Positions 35,608 to 49,029 of a DNA stretch of 64,000 bases are shown here, in pieces. The stretch covers positions 56,112,001 through 56,176,000 of the forward strand of contig CM059432.1 of the NCBI GenBank assembly GCA_030390025.1. The letters run 5' to 3'. Origin of the DNA: Squalus acanthias. Taxonomy: Eukaryota. The notes beneath the pieces were generated by a model. That model worked only from the letters and a program-made list of their open reading frames with translations. It was not told where the DNA came from and made no database searches. Positions within the stretch are counted from its first letter, which is position 1. Each line of letters opens with the position of its first letter. The position numbers and the translations under genes are program-made.

Positions 35608-35673
35608 CTGCTCTCGGACTTACAGGCCTCCATGTTGTCAGGGCAGAGATTCCAAAGCCGTGTCAGTTCTTCA
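35608..35673 (-). CDS. THOC1: THOC1 exon
   Basis: 66 bp, AG/GTGAG; (N)[21 protein letters not shown](R). Confidence 0.96.
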
Positions 35674-35787
35674 CTGCAGGCAACAAAAAGACTCCATATT
35701 AGGTATGTGAAGTACAACGACAATGTCATTTACACAAGCTTGTCTTTTAATTTTTTAAGTTTAGGCACCATTAAATGAGATTAATTT

Positions 35788-36274
35788 GCCAGTTAGCTGG
35801 TCAGTCTATTGTACAGATTGAGCCAGTTAGCTGATCAATCTATTGTACAGATTGAGCCAGTTAGCTGGTCAGTCTATTGTACAAATTGCGCCAGTTAGCT
35901 GGTCAATCTATTGTACAGACTGCGCCAGTTAGCTGGTCAATCTATTGTACAGATTGCGCCAGTTAGCTGGTCAATCTATTGTACAGACTGCGCCAGTTAG
36001 CTGATCAATCTATTGTACAGATTGAGCCAGTTAGCTGGTCAGTCTATTGTACAGATTGAGCCAGTTAGCTGGTCAGTCTATTGTACAGATTGAGCCAGTT
36101 AGCTGGTCAGTCTATTGTACAGATTGAGCCAGTTAGCTGGTCAATCTATTGTACAGATTGAGCCAGTTAGCTGGTCAATCTATTGTACAGATTGTGCCAG
36201 TTCGCTGGTCAAACTATTGTACAGATTGTGCCAGTTCGCTGGTCAAACTATTGTACAGATTGTGCCAGTTCGCT
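35788..36274. repeat. 34-bp minisatellite, ~14.3 copies
   Basis: Unit GCCAGTTAGCTGGTCARTCTATTGTACAGATTGA with exact 34-bp period. Confidence 0.97.
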
Positions 36275-37670
36275 AGCCGCAAAAATATCTTAAGTTCACT
36301 GGTACACCAGTCAAACCTGGAGGTCACAAAAATCTCCATGAAGCTGTGAGCCTTACACTCTATTTTACAGTACTTGCCTCCAATTTTTTTTTTACAGTCA
36401 TATGGTGATCCTTAACCGCCTTACTCTTCTAGCATGGCATTGAAGAGACATAGTCCCGTAACTGAGAACTATAAACATTTTAAAAATCACATCAAATGGA
36501 CTGTGTCACAGTAAGTCGTCAACTATTTATCAGAGCTCTAGAACCTGAGCTTGAATCTGGCCTGGGATGAAGGTTTGAATGCTTCACTCTGCCAGCTATA
36601 AGGGTCCTACATTAAGTGTGTGTTGGGCACTGTCAAACCAGCTCCTAATGTGTGTGGGCCCAGAGCACAAAACTGCCCTGTTTTAGCACTAATTAGCTTT
36701 CTAATTCAGAGAAACTACTGGATGTCAGGTGTGGCGGGTGGAATACATCACACTAGTCTAGCAGGGGAGCGGAGGCACATTGTTAGGCCAGAGAGATTTA
36801 CTCTGTATCCATGCTATATCTGGCCTCAATGCCAAAAATGGAAACCCCAGAGTGCCAATCTCTACTACTGATATCCCTCACTTTAATCAGCACAAAAAGT
36901 GTTTTAAACATTTTAAAGGAAATATTATGAAAGGGGAAGCAAGGTTTTTTAAGAGGAAACTAATATGGATCATTCAATGGGCTAAGTCTCCTAACCATGT
37001 CTCTCATTATTAGGGGAATCCAAGATGAAATCAAGAGGGAAGAAAAACTACCTCAAACCTTGTACACCCATCTCCAGGGAGACTGAGCTGAGATCACAGT
37101 CTAACTGCAACCCGTTTAAAGTTCTTTTCAAAGATTGTGACTGAAACTAAATGCCACAGTCACCCATTAAAGAACCTGGTATGCTTCCTAACCTAGAAAT
37201 TCCAGTCTCAAAATCCATCAACTTGATATCTACAAAATTAAACACCGTCCGTCAATCAAAACATTTTGTTGAAGCTGAAATTAACAGGATACGGTTTCTA
37301 TAATTTTATCCTGAAAAATCAAAGTTGTATCCAAAATTAAGTGGGAAAGTAATTTTTGAGTTTATGTGAATCAGTTAAATTGGAGGCAGAGGACATGCAC
37401 AATTATTTAAGGTTAGATTTTTATAATACCATATTGACTAAACTATTCACATGCTTTACTGAGCTCAGTTATTCTGATCTGGCTTTTTGTAACTTATATG
37501 CTTAATGAAAACACTATTCTTGGGTAGCAGACACGTACTCAAGTACTCATAACATGTTTATATTGACCTGCCTAATTCTAGTATTGGCAGTGCTTGAACA
37601 TGATCCATACTGCAGCAACTATCTGCCCCCTGCCCCGCCAACTCTGCTTCAAAATTGCATTTGTACTCAC

Positions 37671-37766
37671 TTTCCCATCAAGACCTTCTTGCTTGGCCCT
37701 TTTCCAAAGAAATCTTCAGGAGCAGGTCGTTTTCTTGCAGGCTTTGGAACTTTGGATTCGGGTGGT
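37671..37766 (-). CDS. THOC1: THOC1 exon (basic, NLS-like RKR)
   Basis: 96 bp, AAG acceptor/GTGAG donor; (R)PPESKVPKPARKRPAPEDFFGKGPSKKVLMG(N). Confidence 0.93.
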
Positions 37767-38373
37767 CTTTAAAAATCAAATTTAACTAATCATCAAAGTG
37801 AACTTATGATTCTGGTGTGTGTGTGTTAGAGAGATAAAGTTTAGAACATTAGCACAGTCTCAAACATGCAGCAAATTTTAAGAATTATCATTTTTGAAAC
37901 ATGTTTAATAATTGAATCCCATTAACCATCAAGTCAGACTTAACTACAGAATATCAGGTAGTTCCTAGTTTATGCTTCAATTATGTCAATTTCATTTCTC
38001 ATTTTTCTCAACATAGTACAAACAAAACATACTTGAAACCAGAAAACATCAGCTACAGATATTCAGTCAGCACTATTTGATAAGAACTGCTTGTTTGAAA
38101 TTCATTAAAAAAAACCTTCATGGCAAGACTACTTACGAACTTTTAAAGCAGAAAATAGAAGTAATCTTCTGACAGAAACCAGATGGTACAGCATATTAGT
38201 TTACCTGCTGTGCCATGGAATGTTAAGAAGAAAGTGAGTTACACCAGACATACAGGATAGGATGCCTGCTTGCCCTTATAATCAATTAATTATACAAGAT
38301 ACCTGAAGTAGGAGGTGGAGAGAAAGGTGATTACAGGGATGTAAAAAGTGACATGAAATCTTGAAAAATATAC

Positions 38374-38444
38374 CTTTCTTTAACAAAACTTGGACAACCT
38401 TCATTTTTCCATGCAATCCAGTTTTCTTCACTGTGTAATATATG
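38374..38444 (-). CDS. THOC1: THOC1 exon
   Basis: 71 bp, AG/GT; HILHSEENWIAWKNEGCPSFVKE(R). Confidence 0.96.
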
Positions 38445-38624
38445 CTGTAATCAAATATGAGTACATAAGCTCTTATTACAGGTTAGATCAGATCAATTTG
38501 CTTTCAGCCTCTACATAAATGTGAATCAAAAATCATTTAAAAAGTGGCTTTGCAGCACACCCAATGGCTTAGTGGGCAAATGCATTGTTGAATATAATAA
38601 TGAGTCAAACAGACTAGGAACATC

Positions 38625-38848
38625 ATCATCTTCAAGTCAAACACCATCCTGACTTGGACATATATCACTGTTCCTTCACTATCACTGGGTCAAAATCCTG
38701 GAACAATTAACAGCGGCGTGGGAGCACCTTCACCACATGGACTGCAATGGTTCAAGAAGAAGGACCACCACCTTCTCAAGGGCAACTAGGGATGGCCAAA
38801 AATTGCAGGCCTTGCTCGTGGTGCGCACATCCTAACAATGAATTTATT
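38625..38848 (+). mobile_element. 3' fragment of the CR1-group family at 41943, inserted in an old SINE
   Basis: CACCATCCTGACTTGG...GGTTCAAGAAG...CACCTTCTCAAGGGCAACTAGG matches 42957-43160. Confidence 0.85.
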
Positions 38849-39081
38849 CAGTTTGTGTACAGTTAGTTGATCTCTGCTAGAACAGCAGCATGGCATTACA
38901 ATTGGCATCAGTGCTCCTGGATAAGGTGAAGGAGGGGAAAAGGAGAGGAAAAAATTAGCCAGAGTAGCCATTCCTGTGCGTGCTAAAAGAAATGGTAGCT
39001 TTGGTGTGGTCATTTATTTACAATCCATTTACAATTGGCAGATTTAATTCAGAAATTCAATACAAAAATAATTTAACGTAC

Positions 39082-39132
39082 CTCTACCATGCTAGAAAAT
39101 TTTTCTCCGTCAGGTGGTGTCTCTTTGAATAA
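39082..39132 (-). CDS. THOC1: THOC1 exon
   Basis: 51 bp, AG/GTACG; LFKETPPDGEKFSSMVE. Confidence 0.94.
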
Positions 39133-40318
39133 CTACATAAGTAAATGATGAACAAAATTGTTAAAAGGACATTTTTAGCTCAATAATTCTGCGCTTATGC
39201 TTAACATTGTTTGATATAATTAATCTGGTCAAGATTAAGGTAGTATTTCCATGAAAATACACAATCAAGAATTGAAATTGATATTTTTTTCAAGAACATG
39301 CTGCAAATTACTTCTCAAAATTTAATTTAGTGGTTCAATTTCATTAATTATATAAAATAATTTACCAAGAAATGATCAAAAATAGGATTTGTGGGTATTC
39401 ATAGACCAAAGAAAAGAACTAAAAGGAACAAAGAGATGCAGATTGATACTGCAGCACATTTTCTGTGCTCTATGCTTTTCGAATTTTAAGATTTCATGAC
39501 CAACTAGTTCATCTCTGTGTACTTCTGTTAATATTGATAAAGAAATGTTGCAGCCTAAATTTCAAAATTTACTGAATGTAATGCAATTAGTATGAAAACA
39601 AACAAAAAGCAAATTCCAGCCACTGGGATGCTGAATTAGAAGTGAACTCTTAATACTAGTAAAAACACCATTCAGCCAGCAATTTCCAATTACATCTATG
39701 CACACACACCCTCTAGTGGGCTAAATGCATGTGCATAATTACAGAGATAAAGATGACCAATACTGCAATTTCCCAACGAGGCAAAGGCTCCAGAGCCCCG
39801 CAATACTTTACAGATTTCAACATGAGCACACCTCTCTGGAACTCTTCCTCAACTCCCAAACAGTCTCTTGTGCACAAATCCATCCTGTGCACCAAGCTCA
39901 CCTCCATGATCAAAGACAGGAGAGAAAACTTGAAGGAAGCCTAGGGACAAGACTGTTCTATTTATGGGTATTCGCTCACCTTCTGACCCTGGATAATTTT
40001 GGGCTCTCATAGTTTGGATCACTCACATGGACAAGTCGCAGCACCCCAAACTTTCAAGCGTATTTATCCTGGACTTGAGATCTAGGTAAGCTTCGAAAAA
40101 TCCAGTTACAGTGAACTTCAGAACTCTGTATCAAACTTAATTTGATGAGTGTTACAAGTGCCCCACGAAACAAAGAGCAAGCCATATCTGCTCTTAGCTA
40201 TTGGACATACCCTACATCTCCATAAGATCTTACTCCAGTCTTTGAAAAAAACAGAAGTGTTTGTTTTAAGTGAATTTATTTTACAAAAAAAGAACAAGCG
40301 CACAATAAGTCATATAAT

Positions 40319-40923
40319 GGCCCGTATTTTCCGATCGCAGGCCTCCCGTGGGCGGAGGCCTGCAATCTGGAAAAATCTACGCCCTTACCGGAGGGCTCCC
40401 GAGACGCACACGCTTCCGCTCCAAACTCCAAGTGTGCAGGGCCCACGTATCCCAGAGGCGCATGTAGTTCGCAGCGTCCCTGGGATCACGTGGGCCACGG
40501 GGAGCCAATCAAAGAAGGGAATCTCCCTTCATACACTTGACAGGAAGACCTGTCAAATATATGAATGGAGATCACCCCAAAAACATAGTAAAACTTTAAA
40601 TAATTTTTTTTTTTAAATAACATTTTTAAAATGACTTGAAATTACAATAAAATTTAATTTTTTGAAAAAAATAATTAAAGTATTTTACAGGGCTAAAAAT
40701 AAATTTACCTTCTTGTAAAGTATTTTTAAATGATAAATCAGTGAAAAAAATTTTTTAAACTTTTTTTCCAACTCTTATCCTGGTAAAGGCAGGCGCTTTT
40801 ATCAGGCGTAAGAATTGTAAGGGTTGACAGATGTGCTGTGCATGCCTGATACCGACATTTCCGATGTCCCTACGGGTGGGTACACAGCGCATACCCACCC
40901 ATAGGGATCGGAATATCTGGGCC
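40319..40923. mobile_element. Harbinger-type MITE, family C
   Basis: TIR GGCCCGTATTTTCCGATC / GATCGGAATATCTGGGCC; 3-bp TSD AAT; AT-rich core; subterminal hairpins at both ends. Confidence 0.85.
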
Positions 40924-41399
40924 AATATAGTTATATATTTACATATAGACATCTTTCCAGCTAACTTGAGTGGAAAAAGTAATAAAAAGATCACAACTTT
41001 AAGAGCCAAGCTAATCCTTTGTAAATAACTTTGACATAATATCGTTTCTTTCCTAGAATTACTACTGTGGGAGCCTAAACTGCATCTTGGAAATTCAAAC
41101 TCATTTATCTCATCTTCAGGAGTTTCAAACTGATCGGTTTCTCCTCCAAGGTTTTCAAACTGTTCCTAACTTGAACAAAGTTTTTTCTATAACCCAGAAC
41201 CTGAATTTGAATTATCCAACCACTCAGATTTAGAAAGGAACTGTCATGCATCAACTTTTTAAAAAATCACAGCACTCTCTCCAGCCCATACCTAAAAATA
41301 CTTGCAACACTAATCAAATAAAGTTTGGTACAGGGCTCTGAACTTTACTGTAACTGGATTTAAAGGAAATTACAAAAAGACCTCATGTTTGTCAGAGAC

Positions 41400-41900
41400 C
41401 GAGGCCACCCACGAAGAGAGGAGTGGCAAGTTGTGTAGAGTCAGATCTTCAAAACTATCACCAGCAGCAAAAGGCGAACTCAAGATGCCCCACACAAGCT
41501 CCAAAAATGTCATTCCTCATCAGACAACTACTAAGGGTCTACAGCCAGAAGGCAGCTACTGACGTATTCTAGTAATGCTCCGCACCAGCCATTTTGGACA
41601 GCAGTGCGGCAGATCATTAGGGACATAACCAGCCTTGCAATCCCAGAGGACCCAGCTCAGCAATGCAGGGCCTGCCCAGTAGAGTGTAATGCTTTCCACA
41701 ATAAGCAGGCTAGCAGAGATCGCACTTCAAGCTGCAGAAAGATGAAATTGTTTCCTGTGCTGCCCTGTGCCCTCCCCAAGCACATGGGACACATAACAAT
41801 CTGAGCAAGTGATGTTCAGCCACTGCCTGGAAGTGGAGAAATACCAAGCAGTCTGCAGTCAATTCTTGGATGTTTATTCAACACAAAATTCCCCCCTTTC
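41400..41900 (+). mobile_element. Possible very old L1/Tx1-clade ORF2 3' remnant
   Basis: WTAVRQIIRDITSLAIPEDP resembles the region after the L1 cysteine-rich motif; heavily decayed. Confidence 0.35.
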
Positions 41901-41942
41901 CTCGGACATCAATTCACCCACTGACCACAAAGGACTTTTGAC

Positions 41943-43172
41943 ATTATAGCCTTGGTCCAAACATGGACAAAGGAGCTGAATTCCAGAGGTGAGGTGAGAG
42001 TGACTGCCCTTGACATCAAGGCAGCATTTGACCGAGTCTGGCATCAAGGAGCCCTAATAAAACTGAAGTCAATAGGAATCGGGGGGAAAACGCTCCACTG
42101 GCTGGAGTCATACCTAGCACAAAGGAAGATGGTTGTGGTGGTTGAAGGTCAATCATCACAGCCCCAGGACATCGCTGCAGGAGTTCCTCAGGGCAGAGTC
42201 CTAGGCCCAACCATCTTCAGCTGCTTCATCAATGACCTTCCCTCCAACATAAGGTCAGAAATGGGGATGTTCGCTGATGACTGCACAGTGTTCAGCGCCA
42301 CTCACACCTCCTCAGATAATGAAGCAGTCCATGCCCGCATGCAACAAAACCTGGACGACGTTCAGGCTTGGGCTGATAAGTGGCAGGTAACATTTGTCCC
42401 ACAGAAATGCCAGGCAATGACTATCTCCAACAAGCAAGAGTCTAACCACCTCCCCATGACATTCAATGACATTACCATCGCCGAATCCCCCACCATCAAC
42501 ATCCTGGGCGTCACCATTGACCAGAAACTTAATTGGACAAGCCACATAAATACTGTGGCAACAAGAGCAGGTCAGAGGCTAGGTATTCTGCGGCGACTGT
42601 CTCACCTCCTGACTCCCCAAAGCCTTCCCACCATCTACAAGGCACAAGTAAGGAGTGTGATGGAATACTCTCCACTTGCCTGGATGAGTGCAGCTCCAAC
42701 AACACTCAAGAAGCTCGACACCATCCAAGACAAATCAGCCCGCTTGATTGGCATCCCATCCACCACCTTAAACATTCACTCCCTCCACCACCGGCGTACT
42801 GTGGCTGCAGTGTGTACCATCTACAAGATGCACTGCAGCAACTCGCCAAGGCTTCTTCGGCAGCACCTCCCAAACCCGCGACCTCTTCCACCTAGAAGGA
42901 CAAGGGCAGCAGGCGCATGGGAACACCATCATCTACAAGTTCCCCTCCAAGTCGCACACCATCCTGACTTAGAAGTATATCGCCGATCCTTCATCGTCGC
43001 TGGGTCAAAATCCTGGAACTCTCTACCGAACAGCACTGTGGGAGTACCTTCACCACATGGACTGCAGCGGTTCAAGAAGGCAGCTCACCACCACCTTCTC
43101 AAGGGCAATTAGGAATGGGCAATAAGTGCTGGCCTTGCCAGCAACGCCCAGATCTCATAGGCGAATAAACAA
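41943..43172 (+). mobile_element. Young 5'-truncated CR1-group LINE with open RT ORF
   Basis: 386-aa ORF 41952-43112 (LDIKAAFDRVWH, GVPQG, FADD, ends HHHLLKGN); 14-bp TSD AAAGGACTTTTGAC at 41929-41942 and 43173-43186. Confidence 0.93.
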
Positions 43173-43790
43173 AAAGGACTTTTGACCCCAACTGACACCA
43201 CCACTTGTGTGTAGGCATTCGCCATCCCCAGTTCTAACAAATCCCCAGAACCCAAGGCCAAACAAGCTGCTTCAACCCCTTGAACTGTACTGCTCCCGGT
43301 AGAATCACACCAAGAGACCTGGATATATGAACACACTCCTCCCGCAAGCTCCACGCAATCAAAATATGCAATGACTTCATAAAAACATATATGTGAAAGT
43401 ACTTCTTTTAATATGCAATTATAAATTGAAGAAAAAAAAAATCTACAAAACATGTGAGTAATGCGCAAGAGTCTGCGGAGGAGGTTTATCAAAATGCATT
43501 TATTCCTGGGATAATTTACTGCACTAGGACGATTTTTTGGTCAGCAGGATCACCTTGCTTAAAAGTTTCAAATCAAAACAGAGAAACCAACATGTAAAGT
43601 TTCTACTTGTCTAATATCAAGTGCACTTTCCCTAACTTTCATAAGCCCAGAAAATATAGGTGTAGAGCAGGAAGACATTGATTACCTAGTGTGCAACTAG
43701 GACTTGGCACAAGTCAATGTTTTTCAAAATGTTGCATTGGAGGACAAACTTAACTTTACTGAAAATAATTTGAGGCCAAATAATAATATA

Positions 43791-44115
43791 CAGTGGAATC
43801 TCAATTATCCACAATTAATGGATGGGAACCCACCATGGATAAATGAAATTAGTGGATAATAAGTGGAGTTGCAGTTCAGTGCTGGCAAGCGATCTAGCCA
43901 AAAAACCCGATTCAAAGTAGCAGCCTAGCAGCTAAAAACCCAGAGAAAGGCACCACCCAATCTGAACCCCTGGTCGGACCCGAGGTGCACCTGGAAGTTT
44001 AACTGAATTACGCACGAGACCCAACCCAAACTTTCAGCCTAGCAGCTTAAAGATATGAGTTTACCCAAAACTCTGACTGCCACCTGCCAGGTTTGAGATA
44101 ATTGGGGCTGAACTA
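43791..44115. mobile_element. Degenerate Tigger/pogo-like MITE
   Basis: TA-CAGTGGAATCTCAATTATCC left end; degenerate right end AGATAATTGGGGCTGAACTA-TA (about 13/20 match). Confidence 0.5.
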
Positions 44116-44417
44116 TAGTACTAATCAGATCGTTCCTATTTGCAAAAGCGATACAAATGCAGATGTTGAGAACAGGAGGAAAAGTCCTGAAGCAAGATCA
44201 AATGCGAGTGATACATCAAGGTTTTAATAAGGGGGAGTTACATGGCGCTAGGAAATCTCTTACAATTTCCCTATTAGAATGCACAACTTAACCATTTAAT
44301 GTGGGGACTAATGCAAAAACCAGGTTGTGTTTAGTTTTTAATTTTACAAAAAATACAATTTGTGGGAAAATTAATGATGTTACAGTACAACTTAGCAATT
44401 ACTTATTTTCTACCAAC

Positions 44418-44484
44418 CTGATAAACTGCTTTGGTGGTATCTTCAATCCAGAGAGACTGTTCATCAGTCAACACACAGTAGGAG
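44418..44484 (-). CDS. THOC1: THOC1 exon
   Basis: 67 bp, AG/GTTGG; (S)SYCVLTDEQSLWIEDTTKAVYQ. Confidence 0.95.
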
Positions 44485-44937
44485 CTGTGAAGCAGAATTA
44501 CATCAGATCACACTTTATTTATTGCTGTTTTTAATAGCTGTGGATACCGGTAAGATATTTGGACACTGCTCATTATTTGTGGTCTCCATGCTCAAGATGA
44601 ACACTAGCATCCTCCACAACAAGCTTGAGCATCTTCCTCACCACCATTAAACTAATTTAATTTCCCACTGCATAATTCAATCTAAATCTGGATCCTTCAG
44701 GTACACCTCCAATCTTGAAATACATCTCTGTACTTATAAAGCTCCTAAAATATTAACCAAAGCCTCAGCTATCTTCCCTATAGCCTTGAAGACTATCTGC
44801 TACAAGTATCCTATAAACAATTACTGCTTTGCGTCTCTTCATATTGATGTAACTATACTTAATACTTAACTTCCAACACCTCCCCAGCACATATACTAAT
44901 GATCAGAGTTGAAAAAGGGCATCCCTAGTTGGAGGGA

Positions 44938-47900
44938 TAAGAACATAATAGTAGCAGGAATAGGCCACTTGGCCCCTCGAGCCTGCTCCGCCATTCAATA
45001 AGATCATGGCTGATCTTGGGCTCAAAGTCACTTCCCCACCCGCTCCCCATAACCCTTCACTCCCTTATCTTGCAAAAATTTGTCTATCTCCACCTTAAAT
45101 GTATTTAATGACCCAGCCTCCACAACTCTCAGGGGCAGAGAAATCCACAGATTTACGACCCTCTGAGAGAAGAAATTCCTCCTCATTTCAGTTCTAAAAG
45201 GGCGACCCTTTATTCTAAAACTGTGCCCCCGTGTTCTAGATTTCCCCACAAGGGGAAACATCCTCTCTGCATCTACCTTGTCGTGCCCCCTCAGTATCTT
45301 TTATGTTTCATAAGATCACCTCTCATTCTTCTAAATTCCAATGAGTATAGGCCCAGCCTGCTCAACCTTTCCTCATAAGTCAACCCCCTCATCTCTGGAA
45401 TTAACCGAGTGAATCGTCTCTGAACTTTCTCCAATGCAAGTATATCCTTCCTTAAATAAGGAGACCAAAACTGTATGCAGTACTCAAGGTGTGGTCTCAC
45501 CAATACCCTGTACAGTTGTAGCAGGACTTCCCTGCTTTTATACTCCAACCCCTTTGAAATAAAGGCCAACATTCCATTTGCCTTTTTGATTACTTGCTGT
45601 ACCTGCATGCTAACCTTTTGTGTTTCATGCACAAGGACCCCCAGGTCCCTCTGAACTGTAGCATTTTGTAATCTCTCTCCATTTAAATAATAATTGGCTT
45701 TTTTATTTTTCCTGCCAAAGTGAATAACCTCACACTTTCCCACATTATACTCCATCTGCCAAATGTTTGCCCACTCACTTAGCCTGTCAATATCCCTTTG
45801 CAGGTTCTTTGAGTCCTCTGCACAACTTGCTTTCCCACCCATCTTTGTATCATCTGCAAACTTGGCTACATTACACTCGGTCCCTTCATCCAAGTCATTA
45901 ATGTAGATTGTAAATAGTTGAGGCCCCAGGACCGATCCCTGTGGCACCCCATTAGTTACCGTTTGCCAACCGGAAAATGACCCATTTATCCCGACTTTCT
46001 GCTTTCTGTTAGTTAGCCAATTCTCCATCCATGCTAATATATTACCCCCAATTCCGTGAGCTCTTATCTTATGCAGTAACCTTTTATGTGGCACCTTATC
46101 GAATGCCTTCTGGAAATCCAAATACACCACATCCACTGGCTCACCTTTGTCCACCCTGCTCGTTACCTCCTCAAAGAACTCCAGCAAGTTTGTTAAACAT
46201 GATTTCCCTTTCATAAAACCATGCTGACTCTGCTTGACTGCATTATGGTTTTCCAAATGCCCTGCTACTGCTTCCTTAATGAAGGACTCCAGCATTTTCC
46301 CAACAACAGATGTTAGGCTAACTGGTCTATAGTTTTCTGCTTTCTGTCTCCCTCCTTTCTTAAATACGGGTGTTACATTTGCGGTTTTCCAATCCGCTGG
46401 GACCTCTCCAGAATCCAGGGAATTTTGGTATATTGCAACCAATGCATCCACTATCTCTGCAGCCACTTCTTTTCAGACCCTGGGATGCAGGCCATCTGGT
46501 CCAGGGGACTTGTCATCTTTTAGTCCCATTATTTTACCAAGTACTATTTCCTTAGTGATAGTCTTTAGTTCCCCCCTCCCTGTGGCCCCTTGATTATCCA
46601 TTATTGGGATGTTGTTAGTGTCTTGTACTGTGAAGACAGATACAAAATATTTGTTCAGAGTCTCTGCCATTTCCCTGTTTCCCATTATTAATTCCCCAGT
46701 CTCATCCTCTAAGGGACCAACGTTTACTTTAGCTACCCTCTTCCTTTTTATATACCTGTAGAAGCTCTTACTATCTGTTTTGATGTTTCTTGCCAGTTTA
46801 CTCTCATAATTCATCTTCTCTTTCTTCATTTTTTTTAGTCATTCTTTGCTGGTTTTTAAAAATTTCCAATCCGCTGGTCTCCCACCAATCTTGGCAACAT
46901 TGTATGCCTTCGTTTTCAATTTGATACCATCCTTTACTTCCTCAGTTAGCCACGGATGGTGCTCCCTTCTTTTAAAATCTTTCTTTCTTACTGGAATATA
47001 TTTTTGTTGAGAGTTATGAAATATCTCCTTAAATGTCCGCCACTGCATTTCAACTGTCTCACCCTTTAATTTATTTTTCCAGTCCACTTTAGCCAGTTCT
47101 GCCCTCATGCCACTGTAATTGCCTTTGTTTAAGATCAGGACACTGGTTTGAGATACAACTTTCTCACCCTCCAACTGAATTTGAAATTCAACCATGCTAT
47201 GATCACTCTTTCCTAGAGGATCCTTACTAGGAGATCATTTATTAATTCTGTCTCATTACATAGTACCAGATCCAAGATAGCCTACTCCCTGGTTGGTTCC
47301 ATTACATACTGTTCTAGGAAACCATCCCGGATACAATCTATGAACTCCTCCTCAAGGCTACCATGGCCAATTTGATTTGTCCAATCAATATGGAGGTTAA
47401 AATTGCCCATGATTATTACCGTACCTTTTTTACAGGCCTCCATTATTTGTTGATTTATACTCTGTCCAACAGTATTGCTACTGTTCGGGGGCCTGTAGAC
47501 TACGCCCACCAGAGACTTTTTCCCTTTATTATTTTTTATCTCCACCCAAACCAATTCTAGATCTTGAACTTTTGAGCCAATATCACTTCTCACCACTGCA
47601 CTGATCCCATCCTTTACCAACAAAGCCACCCCACCTCCCTTTCCTTTCTGTCTATCCTTCCGAATTGTCAAATACCCTGGAACATTCAGTTCCCAGCCCT
47701 GATCACCTTGCAACCACGTCTCTGCAATGGCGATCAGATCATACCCATTTGTATCTATTTGTGCCGTCAACTCATCTATCTTGTTACGAATGCTGCGTGC
47801 ATTCAGATATAGAGCTTTTAACTTTGTCATTTTACCATTCCTCCTTGCTTTGGCCCCATTTTCTGTTACTCTTATTTTTAAACATTCTGTCCCTTCCTGT

Positions 47901-47960
47901 CACACTCTGGTTATTATTTCCCCCATCTCTATCCTGCTCTATTGCTTTCTCATTTCCTTT
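44938..47960 (-). mobile_element. CR1 LINE, near-complete ORF2 (APE+RT) with frameshifts
   Basis: ORFs 47282-47830 (YLNARSIRNK, ETWL, YRPP), 46839-47195, 46473-46829, 45291-46466 (RT). Confidence 0.95.
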
Positions 47961-48249
47961 TTAAATTCCCGCTCACCTGGATGTGGCACAAAATGTAGGT
48001 TTTAGTGCACAATAGAGTAGATCTAAGTAGACTGGGCCCCATGAACAGCAATAAGGGAGATGAAACAGGGACCAGGCACTACCAGATAGGGAAGGAAAAG
48101 TAAACTGAAGACAGAATTACATCAAACCTCTTTCACACACCTACTGGAGATAAAGTGAATAGAAAGCAAAACTGGTAGAGGATCATGCATGACATAGAGA
48201 GATCAACTTGGGGGGAAAAAAAAATTTAAAAAGAGGAAGCCATACTAAG

Positions 48250-48600
48250 GCTTCCTCAATGGTTCAGCTATTCAATGAGTAGCTGAGCCATACAGACCAA
48301 CAAGCTCACAGATGTGATTCCTGGTCAAGAGTTAGCTGATTTCAGCTGAGCAGTGCCTCTTGGATTAGTAAGAGGTAAGTTGGCCAGGACTTCCACTCCT
48401 AATCACTATTCAGCAATTGTGCTTGAAGTGCGTGTAGGTGTATGTCAGCTGAGGACAGGATCAGGCTCAACTGCGACGCCTCCTGCAGTGAAATAGCCTA
48501 CCAATATTCACTACAAGAAGTCACAATGAATAACTGCCATTTAGGCAAAGTGCAACCTGTGCCCTTGGAGCACCAGATAGGAGAAAATACTTTCCAGAGG
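48250..48600 (+). mobile_element. Ancient SINE-like repeat (unassigned)
   Basis: GAGTTAGCTGATTTCAGC...GAGGACAGGATCAGGCTC...AATAGCCTACC, similar to 5378-5850. Confidence 0.55.
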
Positions 48601-48737
48601 AGAGAGAAAAAGACTGACAAAGACTAATTGATGAAGAAAATTGAGGTCACAGTTGATCATGAATCGCTTACTTTAGTTTAAATAAAGCAGCTTTAAAATT
48701 ATTTCCCTCAAGGAAATAGCTGATTCACGATATTATC

Positions 48738-49029
48738 AAGAACATAAGAATTAGGAGCAGGAGTAGGCCATATGGCCCTTCGAGCCTTGCTCTGCTATTC
48801 AATAAGATCATGGCCGAGCTTTTACATCAACTCCACTTTCCCGCCCGATCTCCATATCCCTCGATTCCCCTAGAGTCCAATAATCTATCTGTCTCAGCCT
48901 TGAATATACTCAACGATTCAGCATCCACAGCCCTTTGGGGTAGAGAATTCCAAAGATTCACAACCCTCTGAGTGAAAAAATTAATCCACACTTAAGTCTT
49001 AAATGGCCGACCCCTTATCCTGAGACCAC
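48738..49029 (-). mobile_element. CR1 3' fragment
   Basis: AAGAACATAAGAATTAGGAGCAGGAGTAGGCC tail and antisense ORF2 C-terminus. Confidence 0.88.

Noticed and set aside
35788..36274. CRISPR-like array
   Set aside because: Units are contiguous with no unique spacers, there are no cas genes, and the context is a vertebrate intron
38366..38373. Possible U12-type intron donor
   Set aside because: GTATATTT does not match the GTATCCTT consensus; all introns look U2-type
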